Assembly: GCA_028534125.1 (NCBI GenBank)
Contig: CM052817.1
Location: forward strand, 19,036,001 to 19,100,000
Source of the DNA: Lama glama
Lineage: Eukaryota
Reading direction: 5' to 3'
DNA length: 64,000 bases
Each line of letters starts with the position of its first letter. Position 1 is the first letter of the stretch. The position numbers were made by a program, and so were the translations under genes. Below the pieces are notes generated by a model. The model made no database searches. It had not been told where the DNA came from and worked only from the letters and a program-made list of their open reading frames with translations. Below are positions 12,497 through 25,800 of the stretch, in pieces.

Positions 12497-12927
12497 GGAC
12501 GCAACTGGGAGAGTTACCATGAGCAGGTCACAACCCAATTGGCTTAAGCAGTATCATTCACAATTTCCAAGAGTCTTGAAAGTGGTGGGAGAATATTTTT
12601 ATTATGTCCATCATGTAAATGAGAAAACAGGTTCAGAGTCTAGTGTTAGGGAATTTGTCAGATTTGTCTCTTGAAAGCAACGAGCATATTAGGTTCCCTC
12701 TTGGAAGTACATCACAGAGAGTTTTCCTGTTTTGGTCTTAGTTTGCAGGAAGCTTAGAGTCAGATGAAAGATTAACCTTTACTGTTAGCATGTTCATTTT
12801 TTTCTTATGAGCTCTGTTCTTGATTTTTCAATTATCTCTTATTCATTGGTCATACATGTCACTATAAAATTGTTACAAATCTGTTCTACATGTCAGAAAT
12901 ACAAATAAGTAATATAAATTATCTTTT

Positions 12928-12980
12928 TTTAAAATTGAAGTGTAGCTAGTTACAATGTGTCGATCTCTGGTGTGTAGCAT
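12928..12980 (-). mobile_element. 53-bp extreme 3' fragment of a young L1
   Basis: attgaagtgtagctagttacaatgtgtcgatctctggtgtgtagcat matches the 3' tip of the L1 at ~11320-11360. Flanked by 11-bp direct repeat aattatctttt. Confidence 0.8.
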
Positions 12981-13689
12981 AATTATCTTTTATGTAAGGT
13001 TACATAAATTGGGACTGATATTAAAATACAAGTTCTGTGTACCAAAATATAGATTTATTTCCATTTCCACTGCTGTTTTGAAACTCAAAAGCATCCTCAA
13101 ATCATTTTAAGTTTCTAACTTACTGTTATTTCCATAGTTTTATTTTCTTTCCATTTCTCAGATTATTTCATTAACTAATCACAATAATTTTTGTCCAGCA
13201 TCTTTTTAATTTGCCATTTATTTATTCTATTTTTACTTGACTCCCTAAGCACAGATTGTTAATTCCAAATGCAATTGGACACTTGCCTGGAATTGAAACA
13301 AATGTGATCTGTAAATTATAACCTATGTTGGCAATAAGGCAATTGGCTGTGTTTTAAAAATAATTTTTATTCTAAAAAGTAAAGGTCATTGAGTTAGGGA
13401 GTTTTTAAAAAGATGGCAGTTAAGAAACTTGCCATATAATTACGTGTGTTCACACATATATTCATATACATATGTACATTCATATTATATAAATGTATGC
13501 TATTCACTGAAGAGATATATAAAGAGCAAGTCTTACAATTAAGAAGTCATTGGTCATTCCTGATAAAGGACTTAAGAGAGAAGCTCAGATAATCTTAAAA
13601 GGGTAAAAAATATATTGCTTTCTCACCTGGCATCAGAATTTTCTTAAATAAGAGTCTTTTTTAAAGTAAAATGTCTTGCCAACCCATGT

Positions 13690-14380
13690 TGGATCTAGAC
13701 ATTGAGATCCAGAGATACTATTTGGAAAGTAATAGTGAAATTCAAAGATGGCCTAAGGACTTTGAATTTGAGGGTGGAGGATATGGAGAAAGGAGGAAAG
13801 TAAATTGGATTAGAAGAATTGGAACCGTAGAATATGACTGGATTTTGGAGATTGGAGTGGTGGGAGAACATGGTCAAGAAATAAATTTCCCATTAGCAAA
13901 TGACTTTATAAACAGGAAATTTCCTAATACTGTATTTCAAACTCTTTTGCTGTGGTAGAAACTTGCCCTCCCTCCAACTTCCTCAAGATGCAATTAAGTT
14001 CTGTATGCACAAATTTCATGGTTGCACACTTTTATTTTTAAAATTTTATTTAGTAGGGGAAAGTAGGCTATATCCCACCTTTAAAATGGCACTGGATGGA
14101 GAGACAAGATCATCTGCAGAATTTGAGGCGTGTGTGAAATCAAGTATGTGGTAGTTCTAAGTGGAAAAGGCATGATTATTCCAACAAGAAGATTTGACTA
14201 GATTTGATTTAAATACAAAAGAATAGAGTAAATTCACTAGGCATTTTGGATTCATTTCTGAACCATGAGGAACAATTTAAGTACTATCAAAGAGGTAAAG
14301 AATTGTATGGGATTCAGAGAACAGTGAATTCAGTTCAGAAATAGTTTAAGCACTTGGTTGTTTTAAAGAGAATACTTGGG
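13690..14380 (-). mobile_element. Scattered L2 remnants
   Basis: Purine-rich segments such as aattcaaagatggcctaaggactttgaatttgag and ctgcagaatttgaggcgtgtgtgaaatcaagt. Confidence 0.4.
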
Positions 14381-16541
14381 GATGATTTGGGATTCTTCAA
14401 AGTAAAGGAAACTTACTCCAGCAAAGGTAATATGTATTGAATACCTTTGGTTTTCAATACACTTATGCAACATCTCTGAGGGAAGGAATCTTAATGCCAC
14501 AGTGATAAGATGGAGGGTGTTTTAAACAAAGACACTCAATAAAGAACATCCATGTCAATGGACAGAATGGATCCTGAAATTGTGGGAGAGACACCCACCT
14601 TATGGTTATATCATCTTTATGAAAACTTGATAGGGTTTGTAACTGAGAGATCTTTTGATTTGGCTTCCCTGTTACTTAGATGATTGATTGAATTTGTAGT
14701 ATATTTTTGAGAAAGGAATAGTAGCTGGTTTATAAAACCTATCCATCTCTCTTATCAAAATGGGGCCATTGAGATATTTGTAGAGTTGTGTGTGATTTTT
14801 GGCCACATTTGAGAATGACCAGCATGTACATGGTATTAAAATCTATATGTACTGATGAGGTCACATAGATCGTAGTGGTGGAGACAGAAGTAAAAAAAGG
14901 TCATAGAAACAAGCTTGAGTTGCTTCAAAATTTAAAGATAAGAAACGGGAAAGTGTTTCAGTAATGGAAGATGGGTTATAAAATTATTTAACCCTAATGA
15001 GACTCAAGTTCCTCTTGTATAAAATAGAATCTAGTTCAAACATATATTTAAAAACTTCAATTATTTAGCTCTTGAAAAAGTGGCTGTATTATTTAATAAA
15101 TTTATTAAGTTCCCTAAGTGATTCTGATAAATAGTGAGCCACATTTCCACCAAAAATGGCTATCTTTAGAAAAAATGTGTTTTGAACTATATTTTGAGTT
15201 AAATATATAATTGAGTAGCTTTCTATCCTGGTGTTTTGAAAGCATAAGCTTGGAAAAGTGTTTCACAAGGATTGTCTCAATATATATTTTTTATATCAAA
15301 TTTACAGATTTGATGTGTTTTTTGTTTTTATCTGCCACTTTCCTTTTGTGTGTGTTCTCCTAATCGTGGTATACATCTAAGGACTCTACTCACTTCCAAC
15401 TCAATTTACTCATTTTCGAGATGATTTTTCCTATGTGTGGATAAATCAATGTTTTCTAGAAAGCAAAAAGTTTAGGACAGCCTGAAATTGACATTGTGTT
15501 AGGTGAATGAGTTGTTTGTAAATTTTTCTTCAAGTTCAAATTTACTTATGCAGAAGAGAGCTTTAAGTATTATGCACATTGCTGTGGGCAATAATTGATC
15601 ATTTATGTTCCTTTGGATAAAGGAAGTTTAATGTAAATCACAGGAAAAAAATCTAAACATTAATTAGCAAATTGTAGTTTTCTTTTTTAAAATTCTGCTG
15701 TAATGTCTCTGGGCCTTTGGTGTATAGGGCGACACACTGTTCTTACATACTTTTTTTTAAAGCTTCAAATCAAATACAAATTTGGTTTAACTTCTGGTAT
15801 CTGTATGTAGGAAGAAAATTTTGTAATAGAAAATACTGACATGAATTTGAAAGTGGCATTGTCATTGCTGAAATAAAAATTCATCATTATTTTCTTATGC
15901 AAATTAGTTAAATCTAGTTAGAGAGTTTTTCACATGGAAATCAGGGTGAACATCTTCACCTTCTCTACTTATGGATACAAACCATAAAACTTAACAGTTA
16001 AATTCATTGTTTCACCTGTGAATGCCTAGCCCACCTCAGTCAGATTTTATGCTTATTGAGGGCAGAACATCTTCACATGGCTTTTGTATTTCTGTGATAA
16101 TGTTTTTTGTCCACAGCAAATCATTTAAAAATAATTCATTGGATCATTTTAAATTACCTTATGTGCCTGAAGTTTTACTCTCGACTTTACACGAATGGTT
16201 TGGAGCGGTATTGCAAGGACTTGATCATGAACAAAATAAGAACTTAAGGGTAAAAATAAATAAATATTAAAAATTCACATTGCTCAGTGGTCAGTGACAC
16301 TTTTGGGTCATATCAAACACATTATGAAAGAAATCTGAGAAAAGTTCTTATAATTTTCAACATGTATATTTAGTATTCAAGTGATTAATTTATGGTAAAC
16401 TTTCGGTAAGTGAAGGATACTGTTGGGTTCTTTAGGATGACCATTAAAATAATAGTTAATAGAGAAGAAATAATAAAAACAAAATTCAGGCAGTAAGGAG
16501 AGAAAACAAATGAACACAGATGTTTGTGGATAAGTAAAAAA

Positions 16542-16848
16542 GTTCTCCAGAGAAACAGAACCAATGCCAGGTATAACTACAGTTACAGATATAGATACTG
16601 ATACAGATCAATTCTTTTCTGTACATAAGAGAAAGAGAGAGGAGGAGAGAGATGGTCATTTTTTAGTTTATAGAAAGTTGGCTATGTGATGGTAGAGACT
16701 GAAGAATCACACCAACTGGAGGCGAACAGGAAAGCTGATGGGATATAGTTCCAGTCTGAGTCCAAACACCTGTGAACAAAGGGAGCCGGTGGCGTACTTT
16801 CCAGTCTGAGTCCAGGAGAAGACTGATGTCTGAGCTCAAGGAGTCAGG
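16542..16848 (-). mobile_element. ERVL LTR fragment, MLT2 (MLT2B-like)
   Basis: gttctccagagaaacagaaccaat...ggaaagctgatgg...gttccagtctgagtccaaa...ggagaagactgatgtctgagctcaag are MLT2 hallmarks. Confidence 0.8.
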
Positions 16849-16879
16849 TATTTCACTGATACTTTAAAAGGGGAGAGGT

Positions 16880-17490
16880 GGGTGGGTATAAGATGTAGCT
16901 TTCATCCGTAGACCCTTCCAAATTGGTATAATGTTATGCAGACTTGTGACATGCAGTAAAGTGTGCACATTTATGCATTTCTGTTGAAATGGTTAACTTG
17001 TAGAAGCCTTTGGAAAGCTGTTAGCGTTATGTAAAAAGAAACTTAGCTCACTGTGTTTAGAGCCACTTGAAATGGTAAGTCCACTGTTATAAACGTCTTT
17101 TAAGAAAACAATTACAATTTTGAAAAGTAAAACGTGTTCTAAATGAACACAGATTTATAATGGTGGCTATGTAGAGTAACCTAAAGGCCTAACTATCCTT
17201 GAATACTTACTGTTTTAATAAAATATTATGAAGTCTTAATAAGATTTTTAAAAGATGGTATAATAATATGAAAAATGCTTACAATATGTGAGATTAAGAA
17301 AGCAGCATATAAAATTTCGCAGATACCATGTTCACAGTTATACAAATATTGTGTGAGATTAGAAAGAAACCAACAAGAAGCAATAGTGTTTAAGGTAGGC
17401 GTTATTAAAGTGGGTGATGTAATTTCTCTTTCTGTTGTTTTGTATTTTTACACTAAGTATTCATTATACTTTTATGGAAAATGTGCATTA
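16880..17490 (+). mobile_element. Old L1ME 3' region
   Basis: agcctttggaaagctgttagcgttatgta...aatatgaaaaatgcttacaatatgtgagattaagaaagcagcatataaaat. Confidence 0.55.
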
Positions 17491-17559
17491 AATGTTATCC
17501 AACCTTTTTACCCTCTTAGGAGAAATGCAGATTAAAAAATGTTCTGTTAGACATTTTGA

Positions 17560-17765
17560 TAAATGAGTAAGAATCAGGGCTCTGATGTGAGGTATGAGTT
17601 TGAACCTGGCTTCTCACTTCAAACACTCTAAGACTTTGGGTAAATTATTTTACCTGCTGAATGTTAGTTTCCTCATCTAAAAATTTCCATTATAATAATA
17701 TCTAACGTACAGGATTATTGAAAGTTCTAAATGAGATAATGTATGTAAAGCACAGAACAGAGTTT
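17560..17765 (+). mobile_element. MIR SINE
   Basis: gagtttgaacctggcttctcactt...gactttgggtaaattatttt...agtttcctcatctaaaaat...aaatgagataatgtatgtaaagcacagaacag. Confidence 0.85.
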
Positions 17766-18164
17766 TAAGTTGCTTCAACAGAAAAAACTTGGCAGTAAAG
17801 TGGTCAATAAATCAATGATGTTCGTAAATAATCATAATTATGCCTTCAACAGGATGAAAAACATAAATTACCTGAATCCAATTTTTAACCTAAAGAAAAA
17901 CAAACATGTAACTCCATACATTTTACACTTAGAAAAGTGAATGAGCCAATGTTGTTAGAAAATCTAAGTATCCATCTTGGTTAAAAATGAATAGTGGAAT
18001 AATAATAATTGAAAATAACTCATATTTCACCATTCTAGGTCAGATAACCAGCTGCAGTGTGTTCTACCATGAAATGTAGCTCAACAAAACATACACGAGT
18101 TCTTTTCCATAAATTCCTAATCTTGTGGATAATGTCAAGAAAAATTCTAGTTTAAGAATTTTAA

Positions 18165-18407
18165 GTAATAAGAGGTGCAGACTTCCAGCTGCAAAATAAA
18201 TGAGGGACCGGGATGAAACGTACAGCATGGGGAATATGGGGAATAATATTGTAATAACTTTGTATGGTGACTGATGATCATGTAATGATATATAGAATGA
18301 TACATAGAATGGTATATAGAAATGATATATAGAAATATCAAATCACTGTGCACCTGGAACTCACATAGTGTAGGTCATTTATACTTCAATAAAAGAAAAA
18401 ATAATAA
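18165..18407 (+). mobile_element. L1 3' end with A-rich tail
   Basis: gaggtgcagacttccagctgcaaaataaatgag...gtacagcatggggaatat...tatacttcaataaaagaaaaaataataa. Confidence 0.8.
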
Positions 18408-18798
18408 TTCCAAGTGGAATTTAATAGAGAAATTCAAGTTCTTTGAACTTTTATGTTTAAAGTTGTACCTCCATATCTAGTCCTTTAAACATTTATGCTT
18501 TAGAAAGAGTCCTTTGATCTAACTATGCTTACGTGGACAAATTCTCTTATAAATAACTGAAGCTGATTCAATACTCTTTCCTTAGTGTGCAAAGAGGAAC
18601 TCAGGGGAGGAGACGGGAGGAGTGGTGTGTAAGAGAGGAGCAGGTGAACTAGACAGAAATCCAAAATCCAGGCAGAGCAGCTTAGCTCCATTTGTTGTGT
18701 ATGTTGACCTCTCAGATGAGCATTTCCTTTGAAGAAATGTTCATGCACCATAATTGCTTTTTTTTAAAATGTTTGTTATGAAGTTTACCTCAAAACAG

Positions 18799-18923
18799 TT
18801 TCTTTTTTTTTAAATTAGGTTTATTTATTTATTTATTTGATTTTTCAGTGGAGGTACTGGGAATTGAACCCAGGACATTAGGCGTGCTAGACCTGCACTC
18901 TGCCACTTGAGCCATACCCTCCC
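18799..18923 (-). mobile_element. tRNA-Ala-derived SINE (camelid Vic-1-like)
   Basis: Minus strand reads gggagggtatggctcaagtggcagagtgc...gtcctgggttcaattcccagtacctcca plus an (AAAT)n/A tail. Partial TSD cctcaaa on both sides. Confidence 0.85.
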
Positions 18924-19092
18924 GCCTCAAACTTGCTTTAAAACCACTATTTTAAACCAGTGGTCCTCACCCTGTACACTGGGACACCTGGGAACAAAAA
19001 TTCATTCCTAGGAGTTTTAAATCCATATGCACACTGAGGATTGCCTAAAGACTAAAAGAAAAGTTATGTGATCTGCATATGTGTAATGTACT

Positions 19093-19228
19093 TTTCATCT
19101 TTATTGAGGTATGATTGACAAATAAAGTTATATCTAAAGCATATATCAAGATGATTTGATATACATATACATGGTGAAGGGATTCCTCCCTTCACTCTAG
19201 TTACTATCAGATTAACACAATCACCACC
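19093..19228 (-). mobile_element. L1 3' end fragment
   Basis: ctttattgaggtatgattgacaaataaa...gatgatttgatatacatatacatggtgaagggattcctccc. Confidence 0.7.
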
Positions 19229-19249
19229 ATATATATGTGTGTGTGTGTA

Positions 19250-19282
<33 letters not shown>

Positions 19283-19286
19283 GTAT
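19229..19286. repeat. Compound (TA)n(TG)n(TA)n microsatellite
   Basis: Read directly from the sequence. Confidence 0.95.
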
Positions 19287-20979
19287 GAGAATATATTTTT
19301 CAAATGTTGGTAGATGAAATTGTGTTTAATAAAACATATTTATTTATGGAGCTTTGGTCAGTGGATATTTTCTCAATTAATGGAAGTAAAAGCATAATCA
19401 TTGTAAAGAGAAGGTTGTAAAATTTTGATTATTTTATAGAGAAAAACAATATATATGTTAAAAAGATTGAGAGCCTACTATTCCAAAATCCATACAGTTT
19501 AATATGTTTTTATCTGAAGGTAGTCTTTTTTTGATACTGTAATTTTATCTTTGAGATGAGATCATGGCAGGGAGTGGGTATGGGTCTGTGATTGATACAG
19601 TTGTGAGAAGTGACTGTTTTTAAGTTTGCCAGGTTTCAAATTACTGACTTACGTTAGTGCACATTCGCACTCACCTCTCCCTCTGTTCCGCATACACAAA
19701 ATCATACACGTGCACAAACACCAGACTTTCCTGCCAATTTCAGTACCTATCGGTATGCCCCAGGGTCATAGAAGTATTACACACTGGTGAGAGGTTTTAA
19801 GGAAATACTGATGGAGGCACACCAAAGTAGTTAGAAGACTAAGAACATTAAATTTTTTTAATTGAATGAAAGGGGAGTAAAGGAAGAACTTTTGGTTTGG
19901 TTTATAATCAAAGTTGTGAGAAATGCAGCATCAAAGACAGGGATCAAAGGAAAAGTTAGTCTGTTTATCCAGAAGGCTCATTTCCTCTCTCTTGCCACTT
20001 CGTGCTTTCTTAAGTACTAGTCCTTTCCTTACGCTGCCTGCTGCGTTCTCCTGTCACCTGGGTCGAATGTCAGTCTGGGCCAGGGTGTCTAAGGTAATGT
20101 CCCATGTTTAAGACAATGAAAGGTTTCCGATGTGAATAATCTCTCACAAATTGACTATAGGATGCATTGAAAATGGGACAAGTGGCTAAAGCAATCTCTT
20201 AGCCTACAGCCTGCAGTCACAAACCTTTATTTTCTTCCTGGCATAATTATTTTAAAAGCAACAACCATAATCAATATTTTGTTTAACTATGAGACTTAGA
20301 AAGTCAATCATTCATTAGTGGCAATTCTAGAAATCCTCATAGACTTCTAGCTCTTTCAAATTAAGACTATAAATGATACTTGGCTGATTTTTAAAATTTT
20401 AACCTGAAGATACTTTGGGGATTTTTATATTAAAAGTGAACTTCAAAAAAATAATTAGTTTTAGCTTATATTTCTCAAAAAAGCCATAATTAATTCTATT
20501 TAAAAATTATTTAAACAGTTCTCCTAAAAATGACTACTGAAAGCCATTAGGAAATAAAATAGTGAGATTTTAAAATGGATGACAAGTGCTCCTAATTTAT
20601 GTACTACTTCATTGTACTGGTGTGCAATGTAAAAAACTTTATTTTTCTTTCAGGGAAACAATTATTTCATCAACGATAATTTCTGTTCTTTTATCTAATT
20701 ATAATTCATCAGTAAAATATTGCTTAGTCCTAAATCAGCTGAAATAATAAAATATTGAAAAGTGTATTTTAAAAGATACTGGCATCTAAAGGCAAACATA
20801 TGTGATGACTCTGTAAGAATAATTGACTTACTGCACTCAAATTTTTCAAGTTACTATCATTTTTAGTGTGTACTCTGGTTCTTTAACAAACACTTTAAAA
20901 TAATTATAACATATCTGCTTTTAAGAAGAGTTAGTTCTTTGTAAGTAACATGTTTTTAACCTCTACTTTCATGCAAAAT

Positions 20980-21110
20980 ATGTATTCTAGTTTTCATTTT
21001 ACGGTTGAGAAGACCGAGATTTAGACAAATTAATTTACTCAGTTTCTTGAGAAAATATATCCATAGCTTCTATTATTCATTTAATGTGATTTTAAATGCT
21101 ATGTGTTTCT
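20980..21110 (-). mobile_element. MIR fragment
   Basis: ttcattttacggttgagaagaccgagatttagacaaattaatttactcag. Confidence 0.55.
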
Positions 21111-21299
21111 AGACAAACATCTCTGCAGATTGCCGTTTCATTGCTGCTATTTCATTTCTATACTTCTCTGTCTCATTCTTTTCCTCTTTCTATGAATTCC
21201 TGTAACGGAAAATTCTAAAAACTGGAATCAGTAAAGTTACAGACGAGTGTGGGGCAATGTATTTAATTACAACCAACTAACTGTCTTATACAGGTAGAT

Positions 21300-22000
21300 A
21301 ATCATTCATTAATTAATCATTCATTAATCCTTACACATATTCACTTATATGACAGTTGATGTAGAGAATTGCTATTCATTATCTTATTTCACTGTAAAAT
21401 AAAATATACCAGAAATTTTGTGTTGCTCCTTCAGTGTGTACAACACCAAGAGGATTACTTCAGACTTATTATATATTTGTGCACTGAATTGATAATTATT
21501 GTAATAACCATAACACATACATGAGATTATGGTGAGCCTCAAAGACGAGGACAAGCATTCTGAAAAATTCTTCAAGTTCTGAATTGCAGAGCAAGTGGGA
21601 AATAGTAGTTTATGCAAGACGTGAGGACAAGGAAACAAGACCATCTCTAATAAGGAATTGGTAGGTTGGAAGACTGGCCAGAGACACTGATAATGATGAG
21701 CACATATTTTGATTACTCATATTTTAGGTAAATTCATGATTAATAGAAAACTTTTATAAAATGTTGGAAGTCTTTCTGATTTGTTGTCAAACACCTTTCT
21801 ATTTAAATATTTATGCATTCATTCAGCAACTATTTATTGTGCTCCTATGAGTCATGTATTCTTTCATTCAGCAAGTATCTGTTGATCCCTTACTATGTGC
21901 TAAGTGTTGTGCAAGGCAAAAAAGAGAAAAACCAGTAAAATACAGACATAGTATCTAGTGCTATGGAATTGAGACCATACTGAGGAGGGGAGGCATTGAG
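21300..22000 (-). mobile_element. L2 3' remnants (at least two pieces)
   Basis: cattcattcagcaactatttattgtgctcctatg and ttcattcagcaagtatctgttgatcccttactatgtgctaagtgttgtgcaaggc...cagacatagtatct are the L2 3' end in antisense. Confidence 0.65.
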
Positions 22001-22634
22001 GAAGTATCTGGTTATAGAACAAGAATGATGAAGTTTAATGAAGCAAATGGAAATTTAGTGCACTAATCAAATTGAGTTCTGCTTTTCATTTGTTTGCTTT
22101 CTCTTAGGCATATTATTCCAGGGAACCTAGAAAAAGTAGGTGAAAGTGGAGAGAATTCATAAATTAGTGTCCATTGTTAAACTGATAGACTGACACAGTG
22201 ACAGAGAACTGGCCTTCCATATGCTTCCTATAAAACGTTGACTCATTTACTCGGCTGACTCAACAGCAGGTGGGAAACGGGGCATGATTTGAACTTAGAT
22301 TTTTTTTTTTTCATGTATCACTTGTCACAGGTCCATTTTGAAGCATCTGCTTGCTTGTCTGCAAGTAATTTACAATTTGTCAAAAGCATTAGGAGCAGTT
22401 GACACTAATCATGTGTCGCCTGTGAAGTGCCTTTGCATTTATTGGAAGCATAGTTCTTTCTGAATGTTTTTATTTTAAATGCATCTCTGGAGTCAGACAA
22501 GAAGGTCAAGATCAGTGTAGAAAATTGATATAAATTAACTAAAGTAACTAAACTAAATTGAACCTTAAGGACGTAAGTGTATTTATATAAACACACACTA
22601 AATTGTTGACTCAGTGATGGCATATCACTCCATA

Positions 22635-22815
22635 CGTTGCATTAAGGACTTAATTCTGGAGTCAGACTGAATGGGGTTACATATCAGCTCAGTAATTCAC
22701 TTGCTATGATCTGGGCATACTATTTCACCTCTGTGTGGCTCTGTTTTTTTTTTTTTTAAGTGGATTAGTAATATCATGTACTTATCAGCTTGAAAGGATC
22801 AAATGTGTTGGATGA
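22635..22815 (+). mobile_element. MIR SINE
   Basis: ttctggagtcagactgaatggggtt...cacttgctatgatctgggcatactatttcacctctgtgtggctctgttt. Confidence 0.75.
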
Positions 22816-25800
22816 GGTATATGTGTGTGTGTGTCTGTGTGAGTATAAAGTCACTAACAGATAGTTGCTGTTGTTGTTTTCTTCTACAATTCTTGACTTA
22901 AGCCAACAATGTTAATGACATAGCCACCACTATTCCTTATGAATATGAATTTTCAGTCCTGGAGCACGTGTATTTCTTCCACTAGCTCCTGCTGTAGAAT
23001 TGCTTAGGCTGTGAAACCCATCTCCTGGGTTTTGTACCACCTCTTTTTTTTTTCAAGTGGAGAATTGCCCTTGACAGGTTACTACATTTAATCTATTATT
23101 GGTGGTTCAGAACCCTGTGACCCTGTTGGCCTGGTGAGGACCAACGTGTCTGCCATTTTCCTCCCAAACATAATTGTCTTCCCTCAGATATTAAAGGTTA
23201 CAGATCTTGAGAAACATTTTGTTTATGCTGAATGTATGTATGTTTTATACTAATAAAACGTATCTCTAATATTTAATTTCTCTCTGGTGTTCCCCTATAT
23301 TTTCAGAAAGGTTGAGTTGATTTTTTTTAAACAATTGTCCCTTCGTTTCAAGTTGAGTTCTCACCTCTACCATGTATAGATCCAGCATTGTTTGCTGAAA
23401 CTGTTTGCCTTTCTTTGAATGTTTCTGTCTAACCTAGCCATTTGTCTAACATTCTGCTGTAGATTTTGTCTAGATGATTCTCTCATAGTGAGTTATATGG
23501 AATCTGATTTTTTAACCATGCGAGCCCATTTAATTCTTAAATTAAACAAATATATTGAGGCAAGACAGGTATATAAAACTAAATATAAAAATGATATTTT
23601 AAAATAAAAGCCTGAGAGTGCAAGGAAGTGAAAGATAACCTCTGCCATCTGAACCAAAACACGGTTTGAACATGAAGGTGATAAACTGGGCATAAAAGGA
23701 GGGGAGACAAAATGTTTAACCCTACAAACAAGAGAGTTGGAATTAAACCCTGTTAAGTAAGGCTAAGGATCTATCCTTTCAGTGAAAGGATGAACAGAAA
23801 ATAATAGTAATAGAAATTGTCCACTAACACAGTGAGACAGTGAGGAATCTTGGCTGCCCCATCCTGGGCCCTGGATGGAGCTCTCTCTTTCTGAGAGTGA
23901 CCATGTCCAAGCATTTCTGATCTCTGCCCCTAGTGGGCACCTCTGTCACCCCTTCGTCATAGCTGTATTGTCACCTGTCCCTACTTCATTTCTGCCTCAG
24001 TTGCTTTTGGCCATATGTACATGCAATTTAGAGTTATTTTTATTGTCTCCTGGTCTAGCTCAAGAGATTGCCTTCTCCTTATCCTCCTGAGTACATTTCT
24101 GGAGGAAAGGTGAGAAGACTCAGAACTAAGCTACTGACCTGTACCCACCACACTAGGAAGACCCCAAGTCAGGATCTTCAGAGAAAACTAGCCCAGCATA
24201 TTGTATACCCAGAAATCAAGTTTCTTTCTAATCTTATTTTAATTTTCCTTCCTGCCCTTTTACACCATCTGATTCTTCAGACTGTCTGCATATTTTATTT
24301 TTGCTTGGCCTTGTTGTCCCCGCAGACACATTTTGAGTTTTCTTTTGGCTTCACATCTGGAGCCTTGGATTGGCTTACAAGGCACAACCAACACCAGAAG
24401 CCCAGGGCCCCCCTTGTCAAAGAAAAGATTTTGGGGACTAAATCCTTAAACAGTGATCAGAAAGTTACTGCTTAGAATATGTAAGGACAACCTATGCCAG
24501 ATGTGCATCATTTCATTTATTAAAAGGTAGTAGAATGACATTTACCAGTGCTCCCTAGCCTCCTAGCCTTTTCAATTTGGGTAAAAGTGACGATAGTTGT
24601 GCAGCTGTACCAGGATGCGCCTAGAGCTGGGGTGACAGCATCCAGCACACATGTGTTCCTCTGAGGCGCACTGGATGTCCACAGAAAAATCTGGGAGGAC
24701 CCAAGTCACAGAATCTGCAGTCCAGCAAGGAGTTTGCGTATTAGTTATACAACAGATTGTTGTAATCAATTAGTACATTAAAGTGTTTTGAATAAGTAGC
24801 TTAAGACCATGCTTTAAGTCTTTTAAATTTGACTTGACCATTTCATTTGTATGAACAGATTTCATTTCTATGAACAGACAATTCATAAAGGAGAAAATAG
24901 GTCTTTTGTAAGAATTTGGAGGGTGGGGAGGCTGTCTCACGAAACAATTAAAAATATCTCTAAGAATAAAACCTAAGAAAATAATTTGCACTGAGAATAA
25001 AGCTAGTTATACAATACATGTAAATGATGTCATTTAATATAACTTTGCTAATCACTAAAAGTCTGGCAAGTTCACTGAGTCATAGAATTTCCATGCTAAT
25101 GTGGGAGAATAGAAACATGTTCAAATAAATGGGATAATAGAAAATATCAAGTAATGATAATTACTCTGCGCATAATATTTCTCAAAAATTGTTTTAGGAT
25201 ATTTGAGAATATTTTCTGTTTTCAGTATTAATAAAGTTGCATCAGTTATTTTTCTTCTTTGTTTTTAATTTTGGTCTTCTTAGCACTGTATTTTGAATTA
25301 CCAAATGAGTTAATTTGACAACACTTGGCATGAGAGAGATTTCATTTCTAGCTCATTTCCAAAGTAGTTCTCTTTTGTTCTGTAAGATCTTTTGTCTTCT
25401 TTCCATTCTTCTCTTTCCTTTTCTCTTTTTTTAAAATTAGTTTTAGGTGTTCAACCTATTTTTTTAAATTAGTTTTAGCTGTTTTTTGGATCTATTTGCT
25501 AGGTACAAGAATGTTATCTCTTATACAGGTAATTCAAGATAAGCAGAGAACCAATTTCCGGAGGCTTTCCCTAGAAAAACCCTGAACTGACCCTTGAAAA
25601 ATCCATTTAATTTTATAAATTCCAGCTTTCTTGAGAGAGAAGGAGGGAGATAGGGCGAGAGAGAGTTGCATGCAACTAACTGGTTTTTTTTTTTCATTTT
25701 TCAGTCTTATTGAGTAGAGTTGTTACAATTTGACTGCACATATACAATATATTGCACGTAAATACACGTATACAGTATCCTGCACATTTTTAAAAAATTT

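Noticed and set aside
24068..24475. 135-aa ORF
   Set aside because: Starts at a non-ATG codon (ttg), has no recognisable domain and no supporting splice sites; consistent with chance.
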